Source: Candidatus Thorarchaeota archaeon
Lineage (GTDB): Archaea > Asgardarchaeota > Thorarchaeia > Thorarchaeales > Thorarchaeaceae
Reading direction: 5' to 3'
Assembly (NCBI GenBank): GCA_008080745.1
Contig: SHMX01000011.1
Coordinates: forward strand, 22,738 to 54,737
Length of the DNA stretch: 32,000 bases
In this document: one piece after another, positions 18,154 to 26,692 of the stretch
Position numbering within the stretch: the first letter of the stretch is position 1
Layout: each line of letters opens with the position of its first letter
Position numbers and translations under genes: made by a program
Notes under the pieces: model-generated
The model's input: the letters and a program-made list of their open reading frames with translations, nothing else
Told to the model about the DNA's origin: nothing
The model's database searches: none

Positions 18154-19395
18154 TCATTCGTAGCCAAACTTTGGAATGCGTGCAAGCCAGTTCATGAAAT
18201 AACCAATCAACACGGACACAACAAGTCCAGCAGCGGTTGTGAGTAATATATCAACCCAAGATGGTGTGGCTGCATAGAAGATTTGCATCCAGCTCCAATA
18301 GGATGCTGCTATTGTAAGTCCAGAGAAAGCTACCTTCTTGAGAGGAACTTTAACAGTCTTGGTCTGAAATACACCCATTTCCGTAAGAGCGGCTGCCAAT
18401 GCTCCACCCTTGTCGGGTTTAAGCTTCAAAGCTTTTGAGAATTTGCCAACAGGAACCTTTGACTTTGGTTTTACTACTCTGAGAGCTTTTGGCGCATATT
18501 CAGAAATATCTTCTGAGAAATACTGAATGGCTTCCTGCTTGTCAATGTGACACTTAGAACATTCAGACGCATCAGATTTCCATTTACTTCCACATTTTGG
18601 ACATCGCTTCTCATTCCAAGCAGAGGAAGCTGCTTCACTTACTCTTGAAGCTAATTCATCTTTGCTGACTTTCTCAGCATCTTTCTTGGGTTTTCTCCTA
18701 AGAATAACAGCTTTTGGAAAAATACCAACTTCTGAAGCGCTTTCGGCGCCCCTCATTTTCCTAGCAGCCATAATTCCCTGTTGGAAGTCATCAAGGGCAA
18801 GTAGAAGAGAAAATACGGACATTACAGTAAATCCAACCGTAATCATACCAGCAACTGATGTGAGTGCACCAAGTCCCGTTTCACCAACATATAGAACAAC
18901 ATCATCTTGAATTGTCGTGTTGGTTCCGGTCACAGTTGACTCGGTGAAATTAGCGGTTGCATATGTGATTATCACAGTTCCAACAACAGTACCACTGATG
19001 AGGTTAACCCCACCTCCAAGAAGATCGGTGAGTGGGAAACTAAAGTTAAACAATTCAGCTGATGCAGCTGCAGGTAATATCTGAGATACATTCTCCTGTT
19101 GATTTACCAGGGGAATTGAGAGGTATTCAATTCTAAAGGCTAAAGAATAGAACATGACATCTTCTAATGGGTCTATAGTAAGACTAAGAGAGATATTCTC
19201 CGAGGGATTCACCTGAATAGGATTAGTGGTATTAGAGTCTGCTGCGGAAACTCCATTTGCTGTAAAGAGGAAAGCAAAATTTTCATCGCCGCTCCACCCA
19301 GCTGGGGGTTGTGCAATAACAGGAGTAAATGCAGCAGAACAGAGAACACACGTAATTGAGAATACTAATAGTAAATTAACGGTCTTCCATTGCAA
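18154..19395 (-). CDS. Membrane protein: exported beta domain, TM, cytoplasmic zinc ribbon and wHTH-like segment, two C-terminal TMs
   Basis: Probable TTG start at 19395, 8 nt after AGGAGGT. Signal peptide, TM AGMITVGFTVMSVFSLLLAL, CPKC...CSKC, terminal hydrophobic hairpin. Confidence 0.75.
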   Translation of the reverse strand: MQWKTVNLLLVFSITCVLCSAAFTPVIAQPPAGWSGDENFAFLFTANGVSAADSNTTNPIQVNPSENISLSLTIDPLEDVMFYSLAFRIEYLSIPLVNQQENVSQILPAAASAELFNFSFPLTDLLGGGVNLISGTVVGTVIITYATANFTESTVTGTNTTIQDDVVLYVGETGLGALTSVAGMITVGFTVMSVFSLLLALDDFQQGIMAARKMRGAESASEVGIFPKAVILRRKPKKDAEKVSKDELASRVSEAASSAWNEKRCPKCGSKWKSDASECSKCHIDKQEAIQYFSEDISEYAPKALRVVKPKSKVPVGKFSKALKLKPDKGGALAAALTEMGVFQTKTVKVPLKKVAFSGLTIAASYWSWMQIFYAATPSWVDILLTTAAGLVVSVLIGYFMNWLARIPKFGYE

Positions 19396-19572
19396 ATTAT
19401 CTGACCTCCTCAATAGGATTAGTTACCTACAACATTGAATGATTTAATACTTTGGAGCATTAGTTGTCGGCGCCAAGTATCCTCTGAATCGGTCTATCAA
19501 ACATCTCATCTTCACCTTTTGGATCAAATACAGCATGTCTACGAGACCCCTTTTGTGTGGTTGGAGTCCAAT

Positions 19573-19761
19573 TTAGCATAAGTCCAAGTGAAGACCACTC
19601 GCAACCGTTGATTGTTTCATGGTCAGAATAAAGAGATACATCATACGGTCAAATAAACGTATATCACAACGACTGCCTAGCAAATAACCTACAAATACTC
19701 CAAAGCCCAACCCCGGAAATGCTACCAATTCACTCAGTTCCATGATAGTATGCTGAAACAT
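19573..19761 (-). CDS. Possible small membrane protein or 5' fragment of a frameshifted gene
   Basis: Only ORF filling a 440-bp gap. TM-like LVAFPGLGFGVFVGYLLG. Its stop overlaps the ATG of a 39-aa ORF (19579-19460). Confidence 0.3.
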   Translation of the reverse strand: MFQHTIMELSELVAFPGLGFGVFVGYLLGSRCDIRLFDRMMYLFILTMKQSTVASGLHLDLC

Positions 19762-19779
19762 AATATCACCGATTTTATG

Positions 19780-19803
19780 AAATCAGGATTTACTGATTTT
19801 TTT
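19780..19803. promoter_or_regulatory. Inverted repeat (operator or terminator) upstream of the nitroreductase
   Basis: AAATCAG-gattta-CTGATTT (19780-19799), with its terminal Ts extending into a T-run (19797-19803). Confidence 0.35.
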
Positions 19804-19853
19804 ATCAAAAAGAACAAGTAGTAAGAGTTTTACTTAACCAAGATAACCATTGA

Positions 19854-20423
19854 ATGGTGTCTAAGATGGCAGAGGGAAATCTAATACTAGACGAGATAAT
19901 GAGAAGACGAAGTGGAAAGGCATTTTCTTCACGTCCGATTGAAAAAGACAAAATACAGTCAATCCTTGAAGCAGGTAGATGGGCTCCCTCCTGTTCAAAT
20001 ACACAAGCATGGCAATTTGTGGTTCTGGAAGATAAGGACATCCTTTCAGAAGCTCACGAAGCACTTAGTAGAGGAAATGCATGGGGGAAGCGAGCACCTC
20101 TTATGGTCTTAGTTACTGCAAAAGAAGATGGCGGCTGCCCATCACATGGACTCCCTTACTTTATGATGGATGTTGGTCTATCTGTGCAAAATATGTTACT
20201 TCAAGCAGTACATGTAGGGCTTATGGGGCATCCAACTGCTGGATGGGACGAAAAACAACTGAAGAAGATAACGGGTGTACCAGAAGACTATCGAATTGTC
20301 ACAGTAGTGTTCTTCGGATATGAGGGAAATATGGACAGTTTAGATGAGAGAACAAGAACGAAAGAAATGAAAAAATCTACTCGGAGACCCTTGGACGAAA
20401 CAGTACACTGGAATAAATGGTGA
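19854..20423 (+). CDS. Nitroreductase family protein
   Basis: RRRSGKAF, WAPSCSNTQAWQFVV, DVGLSVQNMLLQAVHVGL. Confidence 0.95.
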   Translation: MVSKMAEGNLILDEIMRRRSGKAFSSRPIEKDKIQSILEAGRWAPSCSNTQAWQFVVLEDKDILSEAHEALSRGNAWGKRAPLMVLVTAKEDGGCPSHGLPYFMMDVGLSVQNMLLQAVHVGLMGHPTAGWDEKQLKKITGVPEDYRIVTVVFFGYEGNMDSLDERTRTKEMKKSTRRPLDETVHWNKW

Positions 20424-20426
20424 TGG

Positions 20427-20449
20427 TGATTCACCAGGCTGGTGAATCA
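20427..20449. terminator. Perfect inverted repeat between convergent genes
   Basis: TGATTCACCAG-g-CTGGTGAATCA (11-bp arms), 3 nt after the nitroreductase stop and 13 nt before the convergent stop. Confidence 0.55.
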
Positions 20450-20462
20450 ACCCAATTTTAGA

Positions 20463-20630
20463 TTATGATTTGACTTCCATATGAGCTCCACAGTGTTGTG
20501 GGACATCTTGATGCCCACAGGCGCGTCCCATCCAACATACGAGTTGGTCACCCTCCTGATGCATCTCTTTTCCACAGTGTACAGGAACGTCAACTTCTTC
20601 TCCACATTTCACACAGACTAACTTTGCCAT
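20463..20630 (-). CDS. Small Cys/His metal-binding protein (desulfoferrodoxin-N-like motif, duplicated), 55 aa
   Basis: Start refined to ATG 20630. CVKCG...VPVHCGKEM and CWMGRACG...VPQHCGAHM. Confidence 0.8.
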   Translation of the reverse strand: MAKLVCVKCGEEVDVPVHCGKEMHQEGDQLVCWMGRACGHQDVPQHCGAHMEVKS

Positions 20631-20724
20631 TGTATTCACACAATCCCGATAAGATATTCTATAATAACTATTGTTAATCGCATTCATATTAACTTATCTT
20701 TATGATTGTTATCTGCGAGGAGTT

Positions 20725-21984
20725 TTACTTTGGAAGATATTTGTCAGATTCCTCACGATAGACCTTTTCTTCAGTCTTATGCGCACCAGGAGTGTCGAGT
20801 TCAACATCTCTTTGATTTGATCGATCTTGAGAGAGAATATCCCTAAACACCTCATGTTGAATTATCATGCGTTGGACCTCGTTGCTACCAGTCCAGATAG
20901 TAGCTAGTCTTGCATCCCGATACAATCGCTCAATGGGATATACATCAGTATACCCAATACCTCCTAGTATCTGCATTGCCTCGTGAACCGCTCTAAAACC
21001 AGCTTCGGTTGCATATACTTTAGCCTGGGAGACTTCTTTTCTGCACCAAGCACCGGTGTCAGCTACTTTAGCCGCCCGATATACAAGGCCACGAGCAGCA
21101 TCTAATTCGGTGGCACAATCAGCAATTTTGAAGCTGATTCCTTCATATCGCCTTATAGAATGCCCAAATGCTTCACGTTTGTCAGCATAACGAGCCGCAA
21201 TTTCCATGGCAGCCTGTCCCATACCAATTGGACCAGCTGCAGAGGTAAGACGCTCTGGAACCATCATAGCATTAAACACATCTGCCCCCTCATTCAATTT
21301 ACCCACAATCCTGGACTCGGGAACCACAAGATTGGTCATCACAATTCGTGCAGCACCCATTCCACGGCAGCCCATCAACTCATATTCTTCCTCGACTTCA
21401 ACACCATCATCACGTTCTACTATGAAAGCTGTCAGTGATTGGTGTGGTTTATTCTCAAAATCTGTACGAGCATAAATCAGAAAATAATCTGCACCAATGC
21501 CACCAGCTACAAACCGTTTCTGACCATTGATAATGAAAGAATCGTCATCCTTGATTGCAGTTGTGTTGGTGCCAAAGAAATCAGACCCACTTCGAGGCTC
21601 TGTGAGCCCCTCACCACATATCATTTCGCCTCTTATAGTGGGTGCCAGATAAGCCTTCTTTTGTTCTTCAGTGCCAAACTTATTGATTCCTTCTCCGATT
21701 ATACTTGGGAGAGAATATGCACAACCAAGAGCAATCCCTAATACGCCAATCTCTTCGATAGCTAGCATCTCAGAGACCCAACCAAGTCCACGTCCCCCAT
21801 ATTCTTTGGGAAATCTAAGGCCAAGAATATTAGCTGATCCTGCAGCCCGAATAAACTCGTAAGGATATTCTTTCTCCTTAGAATCCATCTTCAATAGAAG
21901 AGACCGTTCTACTTTATCTCTAACAAAGAGTCGAATTTCGTTCCGAATTTCTCTCTCATCATCAGAAAGCAATACATCAAACAT
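20725..21984 (-). CDS. Acyl-CoA dehydrogenase family protein
   Basis: GLTEPRSGSD, INGQKRFV, QILGGIGY, ERLYRDAR, IWTGSNEVQR. Start at ATG 21984 (TTG 21999 possible). Confidence 0.95.
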   Translation of the reverse strand: MFDVLLSDDEREIRNEIRLFVRDKVERSLLLKMDSKEKEYPYEFIRAAGSANILGLRFPKEYGGRGLGWVSEMLAIEEIGVLGIALGCAYSLPSIIGEGINKFGTEEQKKAYLAPTIRGEMICGEGLTEPRSGSDFFGTNTTAIKDDDSFIINGQKRFVAGGIGADYFLIYARTDFENKPHQSLTAFIVERDDGVEVEEEYELMGCRGMGAARIVMTNLVVPESRIVGKLNEGADVFNAMMVPERLTSAAGPIGMGQAAMEIAARYADKREAFGHSIRRYEGISFKIADCATELDAARGLVYRAAKVADTGAWCRKEVSQAKVYATEAGFRAVHEAMQILGGIGYTDVYPIERLYRDARLATIWTGSNEVQRMIIQHEVFRDILSQDRSNQRDVELDTPGAHKTEEKVYREESDKYLPK

Positions 21985-22008
21985 TGTATCATCCCACAAG
22001 ACCTAAGA

Positions 22009-22350
22009 TTATGCACCACGTAGTAATGAGTCTAGTGTATCATTGGAACCGGATGAACGTTTTATATGAATAGCGTTAGTTGGACAAACAACCTCACAGA
22101 CAAGACAAAGAATGCATTGGTCTTCACGAACAGGGTCTGCAAGACGCTCTCCAGCTGAAGAAAGCCAAACAGAAAACACCTTTGTAGGACAAGCAGGGAT
22201 ACATTTCATACAACCAGTACATGATTGAAGATGAACCCCAACTATCATGCCGTGAATGATTTCTAGACCATCAGGACTGGTCCAAATGGGATGGCCTACA
22301 TGGTTGCCGGAGCGCTTCCAATGATCACGAAAGGTCTTATCAATTGGCAC
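22009..22350 (-). CDS. zfx: Zinc-containing dicluster ferredoxin (Sulfolobus Zfx-like)
   Basis: CTGCMKCIPACP and CILCLVCEVVCP. N-terminal extension ID..FR...G.H.GH...IHG.IVGV and LADPV match the Zfx His/His/His/Asp zinc site. Confidence 0.85.
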   Translation of the reverse strand: MPIDKTFRDHWKRSGNHVGHPIWTSPDGLEIIHGMIVGVHLQSCTGCMKCIPACPTKVFSVWLSSAGERLADPVREDQCILCLVCEVVCPTNAIHIKRSSGSNDTLDSLLRGA

Positions 22351-22401
22351 ATTACGATAGATAGAGGTCTCATCTTATAGCATATACGGATGGAGAACCA
22401 G

Positions 22402-22827
22402 TTAGAAGTCTCCAAGACGATTTTCACCAGAAATTTTCTGGAGAGGTGTCAGATTGATAGTGACCTCTAGAGTTCCAAGGTAATTTCCCTCTTCATCTCG
22501 TATAGCTAGATATCTAATCAAAAGTTTTCGAGGCGTATCATCTTCTGGGAGGTCGAGCCAAAAATCAATCTGATCTCGTTCACCACTTTTGAGTTGCTTT
22601 AGGACTTTTTCTACCTTGTCGATACTTTCTGAAGGATGGCACATTCGAACATTGCGGCCAATTACACCAGGGCCTCTTTTGAAAATCCTTACTCCGTGTT
22701 TGTTCCAGAATAGCACATTATCATCAGCATCAATTACAGAGAATTCTACAGGAAGTGTATCTAACATGTGTGCAAGAAAATCTGTTTTCATCTCATCTAA
22801 CGCCTTGAGAAGCGGTTCAATTGTCAT
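22402..22827 (-). CDS. Stand-alone PAS domain protein (PAS_10-like)
   Basis: MLDTLPVEFSVIDADDNVLFWN...RIFKR...VIGRNVRMCHP...LIRYLAIRDEEGNYLGTLEV. Start refined to ATG 22827. Confidence 0.85.
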   Translation of the reverse strand: MTIEPLLKALDEMKTDFLAHMLDTLPVEFSVIDADDNVLFWNKHGVRIFKRGPGVIGRNVRMCHPSESIDKVEKVLKQLKSGERDQIDFWLDLPEDDTPRKLLIRYLAIRDEEGNYLGTLEVTINLTPLQKISGENRLGDF

Positions 22828-23000
22828 ACTATTAACGATGATTATGGCTATTATTGTATCTTCGTATTTGAAAGATATTGAGTTTATGAGGAAAGATATG
22901 AGAATGGTAAATATTAGCACTCTAGAAGATTAGATTAGCAAAGTCTAGCACTCGAAATCATAATACGAAACAAGTGATATTCTCTCTGATAATATTGCTG

Positions 23001-23258
23001 ATGAAGACCGAGCCAAATCCTGACAATCTAACTCATGAAGAGATCTTGTCTTTTGTGACCTTTTGTCCAATATGTGGTACGAAATGGCCAAGAAACCAAT
23101 ATATATGCGCCAATAGAGAGTGTGGAGTAAAAGTACGAATCGAGCCGAAAGCATACAATTGGTTCCTTTTCTATCCAAAACATAATGGTTGGGCATATCT
23201 TGAAAGGCGCCTACCTATTAAGCGAGAAAAAATGTTTACCCTTCAGAGAGAAGACTAA
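23001..23258 (+). CDS. Small zinc-ribbon hypothetical protein
   Basis: CPICG...CANREC. Start refined to ATG 23001. Confidence 0.6.
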   Translation: MKTEPNPDNLTHEEILSFVTFCPICGTKWPRNQYICANRECGVKVRIEPKAYNWFLFYPKHNGWAYLERRLPIKREKMFTLQRED

Positions 23259-23317
23259 TTACATGGATTACTTACACATATTATAACTTGAACGCGGAAT
23301 ATGCAAGGTGAGTACAC

Positions 23318-23806
23318 ATGGCTGATATTTTCATCCGGTATGAAACTACAACAGGAATGGAAAAAACAGCAAAATTTGATACTGATGAAACCAAAATCAA
23401 CTTGGATCTGAGAGATATCTCCTCAATTGACCTTTTGCCCCTTGTATGGTGTGATAAGTTGGAACACCTAAGTCTGAGGAATAATCGTTTAACGCATATT
23501 AGTTTGACACCACTTTCAAAATGTAGAAACTTGACATGTCTTGCATTGAGTAATAATAAGTTAGAGGAGATTGATTTTTCACCCTTAACAAGTTGCAAGA
23601 AGCTTGAGGAGTTATTTCTCAAGGGAAATAATCTCACCCGAGTGGATATCTCACCTCTTTTTCAATGTAGCAATCTTCAAGTCTTCGAGATTGATGAATC
23701 TGTATCCATGACCGCAAACATGCTTCTAAGAACAATTGGAAATTGGCCATCAGTGTTGGTACAACAATATGGCAAGATTCTCTGGAAGGTTCCTCGAAGA
23801 AGTTGA
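23318..23806 (+). CDS. Leucine-rich repeat protein
   Basis: 22-aa repeats L..L.L..N.L..I.L.PL..C (LEHLSLRNNRLTHISLTPLSKC; LTCLALSNNKLEEIDFSPLTSC; LEELFLKGNNLTRVDISPLFQC). Confidence 0.92.
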   Translation: MADIFIRYETTTGMEKTAKFDTDETKINLDLRDISSIDLLPLVWCDKLEHLSLRNNRLTHISLTPLSKCRNLTCLALSNNKLEEIDFSPLTSCKKLEELFLKGNNLTRVDISPLFQCSNLQVFEIDESVSMTANMLLRTIGNWPSVLVQQYGKILWKVPRRS

Positions 23807-23812
23807 CTTTAG

Positions 23813-24862
23813 TCAGAAGAATGGAAGAAAGACAAGACCTGTGAAGACCATCAATCCAAATAATGCTGATATTGGTACTGTTATAATCCATGAAATGATT
23901 ATAGAACGGACCTGTTCCTTTTTGACAGGAGTCTGTCCAATCCACCCTACAGCAATTAGCGCCGCAACAAGAACATGAGTGCCGCTAAGGGGTAAACCGA
24001 GATACGTCCCAACAAACATGACCATTGAAACCGAAACACTGGCTGAAAGAGCCGATGAGGGGGACAGTGTGACCACTTCTGTTGAAAGAGTCTTGATGAC
24101 TTTTCGTCCGACAACAATCAATCCAAAGGCCATACCAACTCCACCAACTAACAACGGAATTACAATTCCAGGGAGAATCAATCCGCCAAGGACAAATGGC
24201 TCCTGAAATTCAGGTAGTGTGGTTAGAGGTGCGACTGCGTTTGCAACATCATTTCCACCTCTACTTAGTGATGTGATAATCAAGAAGATAGCCAGCCCAT
24301 AAGCAGCTAGTTCTTCTTGTCGCTCTCGTTGGGATAGACCTTGAGCACGAAATTGTATTCTTCGTACTCCCTTAAATACCAGAGCCGCAATGATGAAACC
24401 AACCACAGGAGACAGAACCCATCCAGCAAGGATTTGGAGTATCACATCCCATGATACTACATCCATTCCCCATCCGGTCATACCAAATAAAGGAGCAGAG
24501 GCGGCAACACCAATTACAGATCCCACGATACATTGGGTTGTACTAATGGGAAGCCCCTTGGTTATAGAAGCAAGAAGAAGCCAGATTGCCATAGAAATGA
24601 GGACTGCAAAAGTCATGGTTGTTGTCAATTGCTGACCACTAATCAGGTCAGAACCGACCTTTTCTGAAACTCCACCACCGAGTGATAGAGCCCCAATAAT
24701 GTTAATGATCCCTCCAATGATTACTGCCGTTGTAACAGAAAATACATGTGCTCCAACTGCAGGGCTCATTGTTTCATCATTACTACCAATAGCAAAGGCT
24801 ACAATGAAGCCTATGACTAATAGAAGAACAAGTGTAAGAAATTCCACGTGGATGCCACCCAT
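23813..24862 (-). CDS. PiT family inorganic phosphate transporter
   Basis: GGNDVANA, GLPISTTQ, GLPLSGTH and multiple TMs. Located 1 nt downstream of the DUF47 gene. Confidence 0.9.
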   Translation of the reverse strand: MGGIHVEFLTLVLLLVIGFIVAFAIGSNDETMSPAVGAHVFSVTTAVIIGGIINIIGALSLGGGVSEKVGSDLISGQQLTTTMTFAVLISMAIWLLLASITKGLPISTTQCIVGSVIGVAASAPLFGMTGWGMDVVSWDVILQILAGWVLSPVVGFIIAALVFKGVRRIQFRAQGLSQRERQEELAAYGLAIFLIITSLSRGGNDVANAVAPLTTLPEFQEPFVLGGLILPGIVIPLLVGGVGMAFGLIVVGRKVIKTLSTEVVTLSPSSALSASVSVSMVMFVGTYLGLPLSGTHVLVAALIAVGWIGQTPVKKEQVRSIIISWIITVPISALFGLMVFTGLVFLPFF

Positions 24863-24863
24863 A

Positions 24864-25523
24864 CTAAGAGTACTTCGTAGCTAGAGCACGAATATAATCA
24901 GCTGTTGCTTCAGTGCGTTCAGCAACAAGTAAAATTCGGTGTGACATTCCATGGAACAATAGAAGTTCGGATGGAGGGTATTCCTTCTCCGTCAGGAGTT
25001 GCCCCATCAGATCGAATTGAATATCACGTGCTTCCTCTCTTACATCTTCAACCCGGTGACAGAACTCTACTGATTTTGAAAAGTCCTTAAACAAGAATTT
25101 GACAGCGTCTTGGAGTAAATCAGTGCTGTTCCAACACTTTTCCGTGATTTGGACTAGCTCTTCCGGAGGTTTAGATTTCCGACCAATGGCCATCATTCGA
25201 ACAGCCTCCTCAGCAGCATCAACGATATCATCCATCATCTCAACTAGTTTGTGTCGCTCCTGAGTCTGTTGGGGAAGATAAGCATGCTGTGAGAATATTG
25301 ATTCTACCAGCTCATCTTTCATTTCATCCGCACTTCGTTCGATTGTGATTATTTCTTCTTCACGTGCGAGAAGGAGATCTAAATCGCCTTCAAACCAAGC
25401 TTGGGCACTTTGATGCAATTTTGCACTAGCTGCCTGCAGAGCTTTGCTAATCTTCAACATGAGATCATCTGCTTGTTTCCGTAGTTCTTTATCACCACCA
25501 CGGAAAATCCTTGAAAATGCCAT
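24864..25523 (-). CDS. DUF47 family (PhoU-like) phosphate transport regulator
   Basis: IITIERSADEMK, ILLVAERTEATAD. All-helical and coupled to PiT. Start refined to ATG 25523. Confidence 0.88.
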   Translation of the reverse strand: MAFSRIFRGGDKELRKQADDLMLKISKALQAASAKLHQSAQAWFEGDLDLLLAREEEIITIERSADEMKDELVESIFSQHAYLPQQTQERHKLVEMMDDIVDAAEEAVRMMAIGRKSKPPEELVQITEKCWNSTDLLQDAVKFLFKDFSKSVEFCHRVEDVREEARDIQFDLMGQLLTEKEYPPSELLLFHGMSHRILLVAERTEATADYIRALATKYS

Positions 25524-25585
25524 GATAATCACAACGTAACAGAATCCTTGCATTAATCACTTATAATCTTCATCCAATCAACACA

Positions 25586-26584
25586 CTATATCTCAACTGC
25601 ACCAAGAGAGGTCATATCCCCAACCACCTCAAGACCCGCGTTGGTGCCAGTTCCTTCAAAAAGTAGTCGACGTCCACTGCTAGTGAGTTCGTAAAAACGA
25701 ATTCCAATCTCCGCAGTAAGGCTCTCAATAATACGTCCAGACATGGATCCACGTACTGGAGAACGTAATGTCGCACCATCGGCTCGTGACGCATTAACTA
25801 CAATGGCATGGTTCTTATCATGTACTTGGAAAAGTATGTTCTTCTCGGAGACCTGAATCTTTGATAACCGAGCACCCGTGTAGGTTGTAAAACGGTATAC
25901 CTTACCACCATACAGGAGACCAATCAGAAAACCTGCAAACTCAGTTCCAAACCAAGGGATTGTTGCAATTGAAGACGTAAACGAAATACCTTCTTCCCGG
26001 AAGTGATTTGATTGCATCCAAATCCATGATGTTGGAAATCCCTGTCCCCAGTCCTTTTCAAGATAGCCACGACCCCCTGTGAAATCAATCTCGGAGCCAT
26101 CAATAATCATCTTACCTTCTATCTGGTGGTCAAAGCTAAGGATTCCATGAAGGCATTGCATTCCAGGAATAAATCGGAATAGACCCATTGCCCCAGGAGA
26201 TAGGAGATTTACCGGCCAGGGTATTATTCCTGAAAAGTGTAATTCACCCTCAACCTGCTGTTCATCATTATTTACTGAGAGTGTGATTTTATCTAACGAA
26301 AATGTATTTTCATCAATTCGAACATGAAACGAATGTTTTGCACTTTCAAATGATGAGATTGGAAAACGATGATATGTAGCAGAAGCTGTATTGCCTGTTA
26401 AGACCTGGATAAAGGAATGCCGAGAGTTATCAAGCCCACCGAAACTCACCCCAGGAATTATTGCATACGAATTAGTACGGTCTTTATCAACCAATTTGAA
26501 ATACCATCCCTCAAAATAGTCATTCATTTCAGGCCTTCCTTGATACATCTCAGGCTTCCAGTAGGTACGCAATGCATGAAACAT
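25586..26584 (-). CDS. Tocopherol cyclase family (VTE1-like) protein
   Basis: YFEGWYFK, MGLFRFIPGMQCLHGILS, GRGYLEKDWGQGFPTSWIWMQSNHF. Confidence 0.85.
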   Translation of the reverse strand: MFHALRTYWKPEMYQGRPEMNDYFEGWYFKLVDKDRTNSYAIIPGVSFGGLDNSRHSFIQVLTGNTASATYHRFPISSFESAKHSFHVRIDENTFSLDKITLSVNNDEQQVEGELHFSGIIPWPVNLLSPGAMGLFRFIPGMQCLHGILSFDHQIEGKMIIDGSEIDFTGGRGYLEKDWGQGFPTSWIWMQSNHFREEGISFTSSIATIPWFGTEFAGFLIGLLYGGKVYRFTTYTGARLSKIQVSEKNILFQVHDKNHAIVVNASRADGATLRSPVRGSMSGRIIESLTAEIGIRFYELTSSGRRLLFEGTGTNAGLEVVGDMTSLGAVEI

Positions 26585-26692
26585 TCTAACACCGTTCTTT
26601 TGAAATGGAACACGGTCTAATATCTACTATTTGGAAGGTACGCCGAACTCTTCATAGGTCAGTACTTGCAATATAAAGAATGAGGATTTACG

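Noticed and set aside
19460-19759. Selenoprotein reading through three in-frame TGA codons in one minus frame
   Set aside because: Three TGAs in a non-homologous-looking sequence with no redox motif or SECIS evidence are compatible with chance.
23318-23806. LRR protein as a novel eukaryotic-signature finding
   Set aside because: Short LRR proteins of this style are common paralogous families in this lineage and occur broadly in prokaryotes.
23813-25523. PiT + DUF47 pair as a novel system
   Set aside because: Well-known conserved phosphate transport operon.
25586-26584. Claim of vitamin E biosynthesis
   Set aside because: The family match alone is insufficient, and no HPPD or homogentisate prenyltransferase is present in the window.
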